In this document: piece by piece, positions 8,801 through 18,951 of the stretch
Layout: the number at the start of each line of letters is the position of its first letter
Numbering within the stretch: the first letter of the stretch is position 1
NCBI RefSeq assembly: GCF_000186885.1
Contig: NC_014972.1
Coordinates: 3,150,001-3,182,000, forward strand
Origin: Desulfobulbus propionicus DSM 2032
Lineage (GTDB): Bacteria > Desulfobacterota > Desulfobulbia > Desulfobulbales > Desulfobulbaceae
Direction of reading: 5' to 3'
DNA: 32,000 nucleotides
Program-made: the position numbers and the translations under genes
The notes under the pieces: model-generated
What the model saw: the letters and a program-made list of their open reading frames with translations, nothing else
What the model was told of the DNA's origin: nothing
The model's database searches: none

Positions 8801-9424
8801 CTCGGCATCCTCGACCTGGGGGATCAGGTCGCAGCGGAGGGCGGTGAGCGCCTTGCCCAATCCCTTGAGCAGCCCGGCCGGACCGCCCCAGGTGGCCAAC
8901 GCCCAGGCGGCCTCTTCCTCGGAGGCCGGATAGAGATGGGTGCGCCAGAAATCCTCGAGCACCTCCTGAACAAGCGCCGCCTCGCTTTCCCGCAACTCGA
9001 GGTCAAAGGGCAGGCTCGACTCGAAGGCGTGATCACGGAGGATGCGCTGGCAGAACCCGTGGATGGTGTGGATGGCTGCCTCGTCCATCCGCACCAGGGC
9101 ATCTTCCAGCCGCTGCCTGCTCCGTGCGGCAGGCAAAGCGGTGAGCAGCCGGAGCAACAGCGGGTCGGCGTCCCTCCGGCCGTGCAAGACATCAAGGGCC
9201 TCGCGCAGCCGGGTGCGAATGCGGTCGCGCAGCTCGGCGGTGGCCGCGCGGGTAAAAGTCACCACCAGGATTTGATCGATGGCGAGGCCCCGTTCCAGCA
9301 ACAGACGGACAAAGAGCAGGGCCAGGGTGTAGGTCTTGCCGGTGCCGGCGCTGGCCTCAAGCAGGCGGCGGCCGTCCAGGGGCAGGGTCAGGGGATCAAG
9401 CGGCCGCACGGCTGTCCTCCACAT
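5891..9424 (-). CDS. recB: exodeoxyribonuclease V beta subunit RecB
   Basis: 1177 aa. UvrD-type helicase N-terminus (EASAGTGKTYTL, VDEFQDTD) and a C-terminal PD-(D/E)XK nuclease block (GFIDLVFRFQGRYWIVDYKSN). It is flanked by recC and recD. Confidence 0.95.
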   Translation of the reverse strand: MWRTAVRPLDPLTLPLDGRRLLEASAGTGKTYTLALLFVRLLLERGLAIDQILVVTFTRAATAELRDRIRTRLREALDVLHGRRDADPLLLRLLTALPAARSRQRLEDALVRMDEAAIHTIHGFCQRILRDHAFESSLPFDLELRESEAALVQEVLEDFWRTHLYPASEEEAAWALATWGGPAGLLKGLGKALTALRCDLIPQVEDAEVASLAARARDVFAQVREAWERQRAQVACLLEQDSSLLRNQNAYRHDQVTGLLAAMDGLAAGPVMPYLLPRIVARMAASVMATLVKKKSAGPPEHPFFALFDTFVQDHGRFLRCRTIQVLTTARTFVHQERSRRKRAQGWLAFDDLLTRLAEALEQPGSGGQLADRVAARYPAALVDEFQDTDPVQYQVFSRIYRQERPAGTALFLIGDPKQAIYSFRGADIFTYIRARRETVPENRYTMGTNYRSTPAMVGAVNALFGCRRDAFVFTEDIDFQPVQAATEARAEPLLLDGEPAPPLIGLLLDSERLKSTRSTTISKDKALRAAVTVCSNTIVGLLDQARLGQATIGGQALQTSDIAILVRSHREAEAMQAGLRRRGVNSLASSQASVFASEEARQLALVLAALVDPGDPARIRTSLATDLFGCNAGQLHALNSDERAWEIRLADVHRYRQLWQEQGIMPMLQQLLAQEAVTRRLSARVGGERSLTNFLHLAELLQQSPAGRHGMAALLRWFRQQIDHPDNTAADQLIRLENDEQLIRIVTIHRAKGLEFPVVFLPFPWAGRGLDADQPLSFHERDSLGLTLDLGTGQEEHQRWAEQEQLAEELRLLYVAVTRAKSCCLFCWGRVNGLERSGLAYLLHRARCPESDAQLCQELEQLGGAQPLVGLRPFPERFGHHRFQSDIDLPMPQPRLFRGRVVPGWTITSYSRLASGSDAALETDRDEPAMAPSEEAASGCSPFTFPRGAASGTCLHTLLQRLECNHPVEGQQQLVAEVLEQGGIEARWQATAVRWLDAVLAVELPGACSLNQVPVRDRINELGFLFPLEKVDLRRFNRLLDGAGLRPLTTPVTSLQGLMKGFIDLVFRFQGRYWIVDYKSNHLGPSLAHYTPEALAECMDSHQYHLQALVYTLALHRFLDARIADYRYEQHVGGVYYLFLRAMDPAHPPGSGVHAFRPDAALIEALDDCCRGGAGR

Positions 9425-12400
9425 GATCGAGGATGGGATGATACAGCGCGGCCAAACGGAAAAAATCCTCGCTCAGGTCGAGTTCGCTGCCCGAAAAAAA
9501 ATACCCGTAGGCCGGATCGCGGCCCTCGCCTTCCCGCAGAAAGCCGCCTTCCCAGGTTTTGCGCGCCTCTTCCTCTGCCCTGTCCGCTTCCGCCCGGGCC
9601 CAGGCCCAGCTGGTTTCGGGGAAAAAGGGCAGCGGCCGCGTCAACCCCTGCCAATAGAAGGCAAGCAGCTGGTGCAGATGCTTTTCCGCCTCCGCCACCG
9701 GCCCAAGACTAATGGACCGCAGCGGGACGTCGGCCTGGCTGTCCCGGGCCAGATGCAATGAACACAAGGTGACCCCGGCGGGGGCCAGCAGGTTGAGGCA
9801 CAGGTGGTGGACCCACAGTTCGACCAGATCCGCCCCCCTGAGCGCACCGGTCCGCCAGTTGATCCGCCCGCCCCGGTGCACCTGACCGAGCCAGCCGGTC
9901 AGGCGGAACGAGCCGATGGCATGGTCGAGTTCCATCGGCGCCACAGCCTCGGCCAACAACGGTCGCAGCTGCGCGGCAAAGGGTTCGCTCTCCGCGGCGA
10001 CGGCCTTGAACGCACAGCTGCCGAAACCTCCCTGCGGCAACCGGCCGCTGCCTTCCAGGCTCGACCGCACCTGCTCCGGAGACAGGCCGGCAAGCAGTTC
10101 GCCGATGGTCTGCCGCCGCAGGTGATACTGCTGCAACGGGTCGAGGGCAAAGGGTTCGCTCTCCTCGATGACCGGAATTTCCTCACGCAGGCGAAGGCCG
10201 ATGATCCGTTCGAGAAAGAAACGCACCGGATGGCGCCAGAAGCGGACCAGCTGGCCGATGTCGACGGTGCGCCACTCTTCGCCCGGGGGCTCCAGGGGAA
10301 CGGCGAGAAAAGGCGAAGGCTCGGCCTCGTGCCCGGCCGGCAGCCAGCAGGGATTGTAGCTGGCAACGGCGCTGTCCCCGCCGTAGCAGCGGCGGCTGAA
10401 GGGCTGCATCGGATGGTCGGTGGTCAGCTGGTCGAGAACGGATCCCGTTGCACCCTCCGCACAGCGGCAGCTCTGTTCGAGGTAGTCGCGCAGCTCGCTC
10501 ACCACCACCGACGGCGGCGCAAGGCTGTCATCGCGCTGGTTGCGGCCCACCCAGGAAAGAAAGAAGACATCGCGGGCCGACAGCAGCGCCTCGAGGAACA
10601 GGTAACGGTCGTCGTTGCGGCGGTTGCGGTCGCCCAAACGAGGCTCGGCGGCCATGAGGTCGAAGCTGACCGGGTGCTGGCCGCGGGGGAAGTCCTGATC
10701 GTTCATCCCCAGAAGACAGATCACCCGGAAGGGCACCGAACGCATCGGCACCATGTTGCAAAAGGTGACCCGGCCACTGAGAAAGGCCTGACCGCCGTCG
10801 GACCGGGACAGGGTCTCCTGGAGATACGCCTTGATCACCGCCAGGGGGATCGGCGCGTCGTGACGGGCAAGGCGGCAGTCGGTCCGGCAGTCGTTGATCG
10901 CCTGAGAGAGGTGTAACAGGCCCGGATCGTCCTCCTCGGCGGCAAAAACGTCCGCCAGCAGGGCCAGCAGCTCGTCGCACCAGGCTGCCACCGGACGCTC
11001 GGCCCGCAGGGTTCGCCGCCAATGGTCCAAGGTGTCGATCAGCGAGGCGAAGCCGCCCAGCTCGTTCACCTCGCCTCCGGCCAGGGGGCCGTAGGGCTGA
11101 CGGCCGGCAAAGGGCACAGGGCTCTCGCCCATCAGATAGCCGAGCAGCAGCCGATCGAGACCGAACCGCCAACTGTGCGGTTCTCCGGTGGGCACGCCCA
11201 GCTCCCGGCGGTGGTCGGCATCCAGTCCCCAGCGGATGCCCGCCTCGCCCACCCAGACATGCAGCCTTGGAAGCAGGGCTGGATCAAGCCCGAAACGGCG
11301 AAGCACCGCCGGACTTTCGCACAGGGCCAACACCTCGGGCGCGGTGAACCGCCCGCCGAGGAGCTCCAGCAGGTCGAGCCAACAGCGGATTAGGGGTTGT
11401 TCCTCGGCCAAGGACCGGTCGGCGATGGACCAGGGAATATGCCGTTCCTGCCCGGCGGCGCCGAACACCCCGGCCACCGCGTCGGCGTAGCGCTGGATGT
11501 CCGGGGCGCTGACCAGGATGTCGTCCGGAGCGAGATCCGGTATCGTCTGGAAGAGATCGAGCAACCGGTCATGCAGCACCTGGATCTCGCGCAGGGGCGA
11601 AAAGCAACGGTGAAACTGGAGCGACCGATCCTCCAGGCCAAGGACGTACCGCTCAGCGCCAACGGCTGAACGGTCGTGGAGATCAAGCAGATCGTCCTGC
11701 AGGGCGGCAAGCAGATGCCGCGCGCCGTTTTCCTGGTACAGGTCGTTCTCCTGCGTCTCGCGGTCGAGCAGCTGGCAGAAGAAATCCTGGCCCGTGCCGC
11801 CGAGCGAAACCAGCAGCGGATGCCCCTGTTCGTGGTAGGTCGCGCTGCCGACCTCCTCCCGTCCGCTGGCCCGCATCCCCGCCAGTTGGCGGGCCGAAAC
11901 CAGGTCGCCCCAGAAATGGCGGCAGGGACTGAGGTGAAAGAGGTGGACCTCGCTGTGGTTGCTGATCCCGGCAAGAATGTCGAGATAGACCGGCGCCAGG
12001 GCGTTGAGGCCAAAAAGGTGGAGCCGTTCGGGCAGAATGCCCTCGGCCACGGCACCGCCGCGCAGCAACGCCTGAAACCGTTCGCCCAAACGGGCGCGAT
12101 GGGGCACGCCCTCCTTGACCAGCGCCCGCCACAACACGGCCTGCCAGTGCCCGTCCTCGCCCCGCTCCCAGCGGGCCAGCAGATCGGGACGAAAGACCAG
12201 ATACTGGTCCAGCACCTCGCTGATCCGCCCGGCCAGCTGATAGGCCTTGATGCCATCCGCGTCATCCCGCAGATACGCCGCCAGTTCATGGAAAGGTGGT
12301 CGGGTGTCCAGCGAGGGCAGGAGCGCGGCCACCCGCCAGCGCAGCACCGAGGGCCGGAACAGGTCCTCTTCCGGTTTCTCGTCGGTCAGCCGGTGCAACA

Positions 12401-12611
12401 GCTCCCACACCAATCGGCCCGGCAAGGGAAAGCGGAGGTTGGCGGCGATGCCGGTGGCCAGGGCCAGTTGCCGATGCACCCACTGGGCCATGCCCTGGTT
12501 GTGGACCGCGATGATCTCGGGTGTCAGCGGGTCGGCGGGCGGTTCACGCATGAGGGTGCAAAGTTGCGCGAATAATGTTTCCAGTCGGTTGGATTGATGG
12601 AGATGGAACAC
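9396..12611 (-). CDS. recC: exodeoxyribonuclease V gamma subunit RecC
   Basis: 1071 aa. The N-terminus is typical of RecC (MFHLHQSNRLETLFAQL...). GTG start with AGGAG 5 nt upstream. A 29-nt overlap with the recB start gives the gene order recC-recB-recD. Confidence 0.95.
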   Translation of the reverse strand: MFHLHQSNRLETLFAQLCTLMREPPADPLTPEIIAVHNQGMAQWVHRQLALATGIAANLRFPLPGRLVWELLHRLTDEKPEEDLFRPSVLRWRVAALLPSLDTRPPFHELAAYLRDDADGIKAYQLAGRISEVLDQYLVFRPDLLARWERGEDGHWQAVLWRALVKEGVPHRARLGERFQALLRGGAVAEGILPERLHLFGLNALAPVYLDILAGISNHSEVHLFHLSPCRHFWGDLVSARQLAGMRASGREEVGSATYHEQGHPLLVSLGGTGQDFFCQLLDRETQENDLYQENGARHLLAALQDDLLDLHDRSAVGAERYVLGLEDRSLQFHRCFSPLREIQVLHDRLLDLFQTIPDLAPDDILVSAPDIQRYADAVAGVFGAAGQERHIPWSIADRSLAEEQPLIRCWLDLLELLGGRFTAPEVLALCESPAVLRRFGLDPALLPRLHVWVGEAGIRWGLDADHRRELGVPTGEPHSWRFGLDRLLLGYLMGESPVPFAGRQPYGPLAGGEVNELGGFASLIDTLDHWRRTLRAERPVAAWCDELLALLADVFAAEEDDPGLLHLSQAINDCRTDCRLARHDAPIPLAVIKAYLQETLSRSDGGQAFLSGRVTFCNMVPMRSVPFRVICLLGMNDQDFPRGQHPVSFDLMAAEPRLGDRNRRNDDRYLFLEALLSARDVFFLSWVGRNQRDDSLAPPSVVVSELRDYLEQSCRCAEGATGSVLDQLTTDHPMQPFSRRCYGGDSAVASYNPCWLPAGHEAEPSPFLAVPLEPPGEEWRTVDIGQLVRFWRHPVRFFLERIIGLRLREEIPVIEESEPFALDPLQQYHLRRQTIGELLAGLSPEQVRSSLEGSGRLPQGGFGSCAFKAVAAESEPFAAQLRPLLAEAVAPMELDHAIGSFRLTGWLGQVHRGGRINWRTGALRGADLVELWVHHLCLNLLAPAGVTLCSLHLARDSQADVPLRSISLGPVAEAEKHLHQLLAFYWQGLTRPLPFFPETSWAWARAEADRAEEEARKTWEGGFLREGEGRDPAYGYFFSGSELDLSEDFFRLAALYHPILDHVEDSRAAA

Positions 12612-12791
12612 CTGAGCTCCTTGCGGGTGGGCGCCTCATGGGAGCTCCCGGAGGCAGGCCCGAGCCGGCGGGAGCATCCTTGCCTCAAGAGAGCGCCGAG
12701 AAAAATGGATTTTTATTGTATGGAGATGCAAATAATTTGCTATAGTTAAATCGCAAACCGAACTTCTGCTGGCCATTTTCCCCCGCCGCCC

Positions 12792-15632
12792 ATGACGCCA
12801 CGGTTCAGTTATCAGCCCATTGTCCTTGCCCTGCTGGCCACCCTGGTCCTCGCCGGACTGTTCTATCTGCCCTATCTGTCGGTGCGCACCAAGACCATCG
12901 ATGCCTTTTACACCCAGCAGATGCTCCTTGCCCAGCAGGCCGGTTCCGGGCTGCAATCTTATTTCGCCACCTACACCAAAGCCTTGACCTATCTGAGCGA
13001 GCAGGGTGCCATCAAGACCATGGAGGACAGCGGCAAGGCCTTGTTGCTCGATTTTTTTTCCATCCATACCGAAGACATCAGCAATATTCAACGGATCGAT
13101 GCCAACGGCGCGTCACTTTTCACCTTCCCCGAGGACACGACGGTCCAAGGAGAATCGGCCCATTGCCTGCGCACCCTCGATGCGCAAACCCCCCTGGTGA
13201 GCGACGTCATCGCCCATCGCGGCGCAAAAGAGCGCATTTTCTTCTCCATCCCCGTTCTCCGGGAAGAGCGGTTCGACGGCTGCCTTTCCCTTTCCCTGCC
13301 CTATGCGCGCATCGCCAACCGCTATCTCAACCAGATCCCCATGCATGACGAGGGCTATGTATTGCTGTTCAGCCGCTCGGGCACCATCCTCCACGCCCCC
13401 GACACCTCGTTTATCGGCAGGGAAGGCAGCCATTTGCATGGTCCGCAGGAAGACATCGCCTTGTTGCGGTCGCGCATCGCCGCCCAGGAACAAACCCTGG
13501 TCCGGCTCCGCACCGATCCGATCGGCGGCGGCCCGCGAGCCGACGGCGCCGTCTTCGCGGTCGTCTACCCGGTGTCCCTGCCGGGGGACAACAGCTGGTC
13601 GATCGTTTTGGTGACTCCGGCCCAGAAGGTCCTGGGCGCCATGGCCGCCTTTCGCTCGCAGTGGCTCGTGGTGACCGGGCTCGCCGTGGTCAGCGTCGGC
13701 TTGCTCAGTTTTTTTCTGAGCGGCAACCTGGCCAAGCGACGCGAGGAACAGCGGCTGCAAGCCATGAAGGAGCAGTTGGCCGGCCTGCTCGACCTGGCCC
13801 CCATGGGCGTTTTTCTCCTCGATCCCCGGGGCGTGGTCGTCTACGCCAACCAGGAAGCGAAACGGCTGGTGACGGACACGACCGAGGCGGTGGTCGCCGG
13901 CCGCCCCTTGATCGATTTTCTCCATCGGAGCTGCCGGCCAGCGGTTGCGGCCCAGATCAAGGATTCCATAGCCGGCCAGGCGGTTCAGGTCGAGGCGGCG
14001 CAGCTGCTCACCGCATCCGGTTCGCTGCGGGATGTGGTCATCACCGCGACCCCCTATCAGATAGGCAGCCTGCAGCAGTGCATCCTCATTGTCCGCGATG
14101 TGAGCGCGGAACGGAAATCGGCGGCTTGGCAGCGCCGCCTGGCCGCGGCCGTCGACCAGGTCAAGGAGGCGGTGCTGATTGTCGATGATCAGGGCATCAT
14201 CGAATATGCCAACGTCGCCTTGGGCGAGATGACCGGCTACAGCCGGGGCGAATGCGGCGGCCAACCGGCGCGAATGCTGTGGGCCAGGGAGCAGGATGCC
14301 CATTTTGATCAAAAATTTGAAGATGTGGTCAAGCTGGGCGAGGTGTGGCGCGGCCGGATCGTCAATCAGCGCAAGGACGGCAGCCTCTTTGTTGCGGCCG
14401 CCACTGTCTCGCCGGTGCGGGATACCATGGGCGCCATCACCCACTATGTCCTGGTGCAGCGCGACATCACCCATGAAGTGGAGATCGATGCCCGCATGCG
14501 CCAGGCCCAGAAGATGGAGGCCATCGGCACCCTGGCCGGCGGCATTGCCCACGATTTCAACAATATCCTCGGCGGCATCATCGGCTTCACCGACATGGCC
14601 CTGTTGCAGTGCGCGCCGGGAACGGAACTGCACAGCAATCTCCTCCACATCCGTCAGGGCGGCAAGCGCGCCGCCGACCTGGTTCAGCAGATCCTGACCT
14701 TCAGCCGCCAGTCCGCCGAGGAGAAGTCCCCGGTGGTGGTGGCGGCCCTGATCCAGGAAAGCCTCAAGCTGATGCGGGCCACCCTGCCGGCCACCATCGA
14801 CATCAAGCAGGAACTGTGGGAGAACACGGCCAAGGTCATGGCCGCGCCGGTGCAGATCCAGCAGATCGTCATGAATCTCTGCGCCAACGCCTTTTACTCG
14901 ATGAAGGAGAAAGGCGGCCGCCTGACTCTTCGTCTCAGACGAAAACGCGCGGCCGAACTGGGCAAGACGGGCGACCACGAGGCCGGCGACTGGCTCGCCC
15001 TGGTGGTGGAGGATACCGGCCAGGGCATGGAGAACGAAACCCTGCAACGGATTTTCACGCCGTTCTTCACCACCAAGAAACCCGGCGAGGGCACGGGCAT
15101 GGGCCTGAGCGTGGTCCATGGCATTGTCCGCGATCTCGGCGGCGAGATCACGGTCCGGTCGCAGCCGGAAGAAGGGACCGTATTTACCGTCCTGCTGCCC
15201 CTGGTGGATCAGGAGCCCCACGGGGAGCTGCTGAGCGGCGAGGGCCCGCTGCTCACCGGCACGGAACATGTCCTGGTGGTGGATGATGAAAAGGAGATCC
15301 GCGAAACCTGTCGGATGATGCTCGGCCACCTGGGGTATGCGGTGACCACCTCCGGTTCGCCGCTGGAGGTGCTGGCCCTGCTCGATCGAGCCCAACCGCC
15401 GGTGGATCTGGTGATCACCGACCAGACCATGCCGAAAATGACCGGCCTGGACCTGACCGAGGAAATACGGCGACTCCATCCGGAGATACCGGTCATCCTC
15501 TGCACCGGGTATTCCGATCGGCTCAATTATGACATCGCCCGCGAGGCCGGCGCCTGCGATCTGCTGATGAAGCCGGTCGATCTGCGCGGATTGAGCGCGG
15601 CGGTACGCTCGGCGCTCGACATGAGCAACTGA
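12792..15632 (+). CDS. hybrid sensor histidine kinase (dCache-like periplasmic domain, 2 PAS-like regions, HisKA/HATPase, C-terminal receiver)
   Basis: 946 aa. It has an N-terminal TM helix, a periplasmic region, a second TM helix, an H-box (GIAHDFNNILGGI), ATPase boxes (NLCANAFYSM, DTGQGM, GEGTGMGLSVV) and a receiver domain (VLVVDDE...LVITDQTMPKMTG). Confidence 0.93.
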   Translation: MTPRFSYQPIVLALLATLVLAGLFYLPYLSVRTKTIDAFYTQQMLLAQQAGSGLQSYFATYTKALTYLSEQGAIKTMEDSGKALLLDFFSIHTEDISNIQRIDANGASLFTFPEDTTVQGESAHCLRTLDAQTPLVSDVIAHRGAKERIFFSIPVLREERFDGCLSLSLPYARIANRYLNQIPMHDEGYVLLFSRSGTILHAPDTSFIGREGSHLHGPQEDIALLRSRIAAQEQTLVRLRTDPIGGGPRADGAVFAVVYPVSLPGDNSWSIVLVTPAQKVLGAMAAFRSQWLVVTGLAVVSVGLLSFFLSGNLAKRREEQRLQAMKEQLAGLLDLAPMGVFLLDPRGVVVYANQEAKRLVTDTTEAVVAGRPLIDFLHRSCRPAVAAQIKDSIAGQAVQVEAAQLLTASGSLRDVVITATPYQIGSLQQCILIVRDVSAERKSAAWQRRLAAAVDQVKEAVLIVDDQGIIEYANVALGEMTGYSRGECGGQPARMLWAREQDAHFDQKFEDVVKLGEVWRGRIVNQRKDGSLFVAAATVSPVRDTMGAITHYVLVQRDITHEVEIDARMRQAQKMEAIGTLAGGIAHDFNNILGGIIGFTDMALLQCAPGTELHSNLLHIRQGGKRAADLVQQILTFSRQSAEEKSPVVVAALIQESLKLMRATLPATIDIKQELWENTAKVMAAPVQIQQIVMNLCANAFYSMKEKGGRLTLRLRRKRAAELGKTGDHEAGDWLALVVEDTGQGMENETLQRIFTPFFTTKKPGEGTGMGLSVVHGIVRDLGGEITVRSQPEEGTVFTVLLPLVDQEPHGELLSGEGPLLTGTEHVLVVDDEKEIRETCRMMLGHLGYAVTTSGSPLEVLALLDRAQPPVDLVITDQTMPKMTGLDLTEEIRRLHPEIPVILCTGYSDRLNYDIAREAGACDLLMKPVDLRGLSAAVRSALDMSN

Positions 15633-15762
15633 CAGCGGGTTGCCGCCCATCCGTTCCTCCTGGAACTTTTTCCGGGAAAAGCTATTGTTTTTCCCGTATT
15701 GCGGCTATGATGCCCCATGAATCCTTCTATCCCGACTCTTTTCCAACAGAACCGTTCCAATC

Positions 15763-16629
15763 ATGCATAAAGGCATCTTTCTCGGCCTGACAACGGCCGA
15801 TATAGTTTATTACGTTCCCCATCACCTGCACAGAAATCAGAAACTGAGAGCCGAGCGGCAGTTCTCCTTTGCCGGCGGGCCGGCCGCCAATGCCGCCGTC
15901 GCCTTTGCCGCCTTCGGCAACGAGGCTTCGCTGGTGACCGGCCTGGGCCAGCACCCCCTGGCCTACACGGCCCGCTACGATATCCTCGAACACAAGGTGC
16001 ACCTGATCGATTGTACCGACCAGCCCAAACGGCCGCCGATCCTGGCCTCGATCATGGTGGATCTGTCCAACGGCGACCGCAGCGTGGTCTACTCCAACAC
16101 CGATCTGCGCAAACTGCGGCACGAAGCGGTCAACGAAACGCTGCTCGAATATGCCGATATTCTCATGCTCGACGGCTACTATCTGCCCCAGGCGATTCAA
16201 CTGGCCACATGGGCCAAGCCGTTGCGCATCCCGGTGGTGCTCGACGGCGGCAGTTGGAAGGAGGGGCTGGACAAGCTGTTGCCCCTGGTTGATTATGCGG
16301 TGTGCTCCAACAATTTTTTCCCACCGGGCGTGAGCGATGCCGCAGGGGTCATCCGCCGGCTGGGCGAGCTCGGCATTCGCCACATTGCCATCACCCGTGA
16401 CGGCGACCCGATCCTCGCCCACACCCAGGGCGCGACCAGCGAGGTACCGGTGATGCCGATCCACCCCATGGATACCCTGGGAGCGGGCGACATCTTCCAC
16501 GGCGCCTTCTGCCATTACATCCTGGAAAACGATTTTCTCCTCAGCCTGGAGCGGGCCGGCGAGGTGGCCAGTTTTTCCTGCACCTCGCTGGGCACCCGGG
16601 CCTGGATCGAGCAGGAAAAATTCGTCTAG
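15763..16629 (+). CDS. PfkB-family carbohydrate/nucleoside kinase
   Basis: 288 aa. N-terminal GGPAANAA, C-terminal anion-hole motif DTLGAGDIFHGAF, and a size typical of ribokinase-like kinases. Confidence 0.85.
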   Translation: MHKGIFLGLTTADIVYYVPHHLHRNQKLRAERQFSFAGGPAANAAVAFAAFGNEASLVTGLGQHPLAYTARYDILEHKVHLIDCTDQPKRPPILASIMVDLSNGDRSVVYSNTDLRKLRHEAVNETLLEYADILMLDGYYLPQAIQLATWAKPLRIPVVLDGGSWKEGLDKLLPLVDYAVCSNNFFPPGVSDAAGVIRRLGELGIRHIAITRDGDPILAHTQGATSEVPVMPIHPMDTLGAGDIFHGAFCHYILENDFLLSLERAGEVASFSCTSLGTRAWIEQEKFV

Positions 16630-16649
16630 TAGCGGCCGGCCTCCCCCTC

Positions 16650-17534
16650 CTAGCGCAGACGAAAGGGGATCTGGCAATAATCGATGCCGCGCTTGGGGAT
16701 GATGCCATGCTGCTCGAGGAACATCTTGAGCGAATTCATGGAAATATTGATGTTGGCCGTTGGCCCGAGAAACAGATGGTCCATGGCCAGCGGCCTGTCG
16801 TCCAGGCCGATGTCGAACTCGATGTACGGCACCAGCATGGCATGGCCCTCGCGAAAGAGGATCGGGGCCTCGGCGGTGTTGGCGACCACCGGCGAGACGA
16901 TCCGCCACTCCTTTTCCTCCCGGAAGGACGGGTGCTTGAGAATGGCGGCGATGCGCAGCAGATCGGTTTCCATGGAGGCAAAGGCCTCGCGGTAGAGCGC
17001 CGATCGTTCAACCGCCGAGCGCTCGCCACTGGCCTGATCGGCGGCCAGGGTTTCCACCGCGTCGACCACCTGGCGGATGAGCATCCGCTGCCGTGCCGGT
17101 TCATAGATGCACTTGCCGATCATGAACCCCTGCCGCCGGGCGCATTGGAGGATGTAGTCCGGGCAGAACCCCAGGCTCACCCCCTTGCCGGGCGAACTAT
17201 AGCCCCGCCACTGGCTGAGCAGGTTGCCGTGGGAACGGAACGAGGCGCCAAACAGCATGTGGCCGTTGGTGATCCGATAGGAGACCCAATCGGCGAACTG
17301 CGACAGCAGGGTCGTGTTGGCCTGGCCGCTGTCGATCCGTTCGCGCACCTCGGCGTTGATCAGATCCGCGGTGTGCCGCAGTTCGGCGGAGTCGTTCATG
17401 TAGCGGATATCGCTGGCCCACAGGGCACGGCTGCGGACAATGCCGAGCAGACCGCTGAAGGTGGTGTAATGGTACAGGGTGCCGAGGGGAATGTCGGCAT
17501 ACAGTTCTCGGGTTAAGGCTTCGATTTCCTTCAT
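16650..17534 (-). CDS. DUF2971-family protein (function unknown)
   Basis: 294 aa. It carries both signature blocks that I associate with DUF2971: LYHYTTFSGLLGIVRSRALWASDIRYMNDSAE and FGASFRSHGNLLSQWRGYS. The codon-aligned antisense ORF (16707-17516, +) is Gly/Arg/His/Gln-rich and looks spurious. Confidence 0.8.
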   Translation of the reverse strand: MKEIEALTRELYADIPLGTLYHYTTFSGLLGIVRSRALWASDIRYMNDSAELRHTADLINAEVRERIDSGQANTTLLSQFADWVSYRITNGHMLFGASFRSHGNLLSQWRGYSSPGKGVSLGFCPDYILQCARRQGFMIGKCIYEPARQRMLIRQVVDAVETLAADQASGERSAVERSALYREAFASMETDLLRIAAILKHPSFREEKEWRIVSPVVANTAEAPILFREGHAMLVPYIEFDIGLDDRPLAMDHLFLGPTANINISMNSLKMFLEQHGIIPKRGIDYCQIPFRLR

Positions 17535-17747
17535 TTGCCGTTCTTCTTCTGTCGTGGCCGAGGCTTCCGTCCCTGCCGAAAATCCAGATCATTGTTGAGG
17601 TTTACGCCCTTTTCTGGTACAAAAAGGCCTTCCGATCACTCAGGTGCGCCTTTCCATCCAACCGTCGGCCCGTCTTTCTCCCTGCCGACCGGACGGCGCG
17701 CCTGTGGCGGCTATTTCGACGTTGTTCGTATCGCTGTGACACCCTGA

Positions 17748-18860
<1,113 letters not shown>

Positions 18861-18899
18861 CAGCGCCGCTCCTGTTTGGGTTGGTTGACGGCCCACACG

Positions 18900-18951
18900 A
18901 AACGGCCCCGCGCCTCTCGCCCCTCACGGGTATCGAGGCGCGGGGCCGTTT
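18900..18951. terminator. Bidirectional terminator-like hairpin between convergent genes
   Basis: Perfect 17-bp stem AAACGGCCCCGCGCCTC (18900-18916) / GAGGCGCGGGGCCGTTT (18935-18951) with an 18-nt loop. The tail is U-rich on the + strand (TTTGCGTTTG) and TTTTCG on the - strand. The right arm and loop cover the last codons and the stop codon of the GGDEF-EAL gene. Confidence 0.7.

Noticed and set aside
13113-15650. Very long alternative-strand ORFs opposite real genes. Examples: 845 aa opposite the histidine kinase; 5750-7870 (706 aa) opposite recB; 8318-9712; 9804-10916; 1356-2453; 2723-3859; 4590-5783; 15727-16908; 19125-20291; 20304-21356; 22969-24261; 25066-26256; 27650-28927.
   Set aside because: I checked six of these (13113-15650, 5750-7870, 15727-16908, 22969-24261, 25066-26256, 27650-28927). 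Each has the same coordinate modulo 3 as the sense gene, so it sits in the codon-aligned antisense frame. In that frame, stops arise only from the sense codons TTA, CTA and TCA, which are rare in a GC-rich genome. The translations are Gly/Arg/Pro/Ala/His/Gln-rich low-complexity sequences with no recognisable motifs, whereas the sense strands carry unambiguous family motifs.
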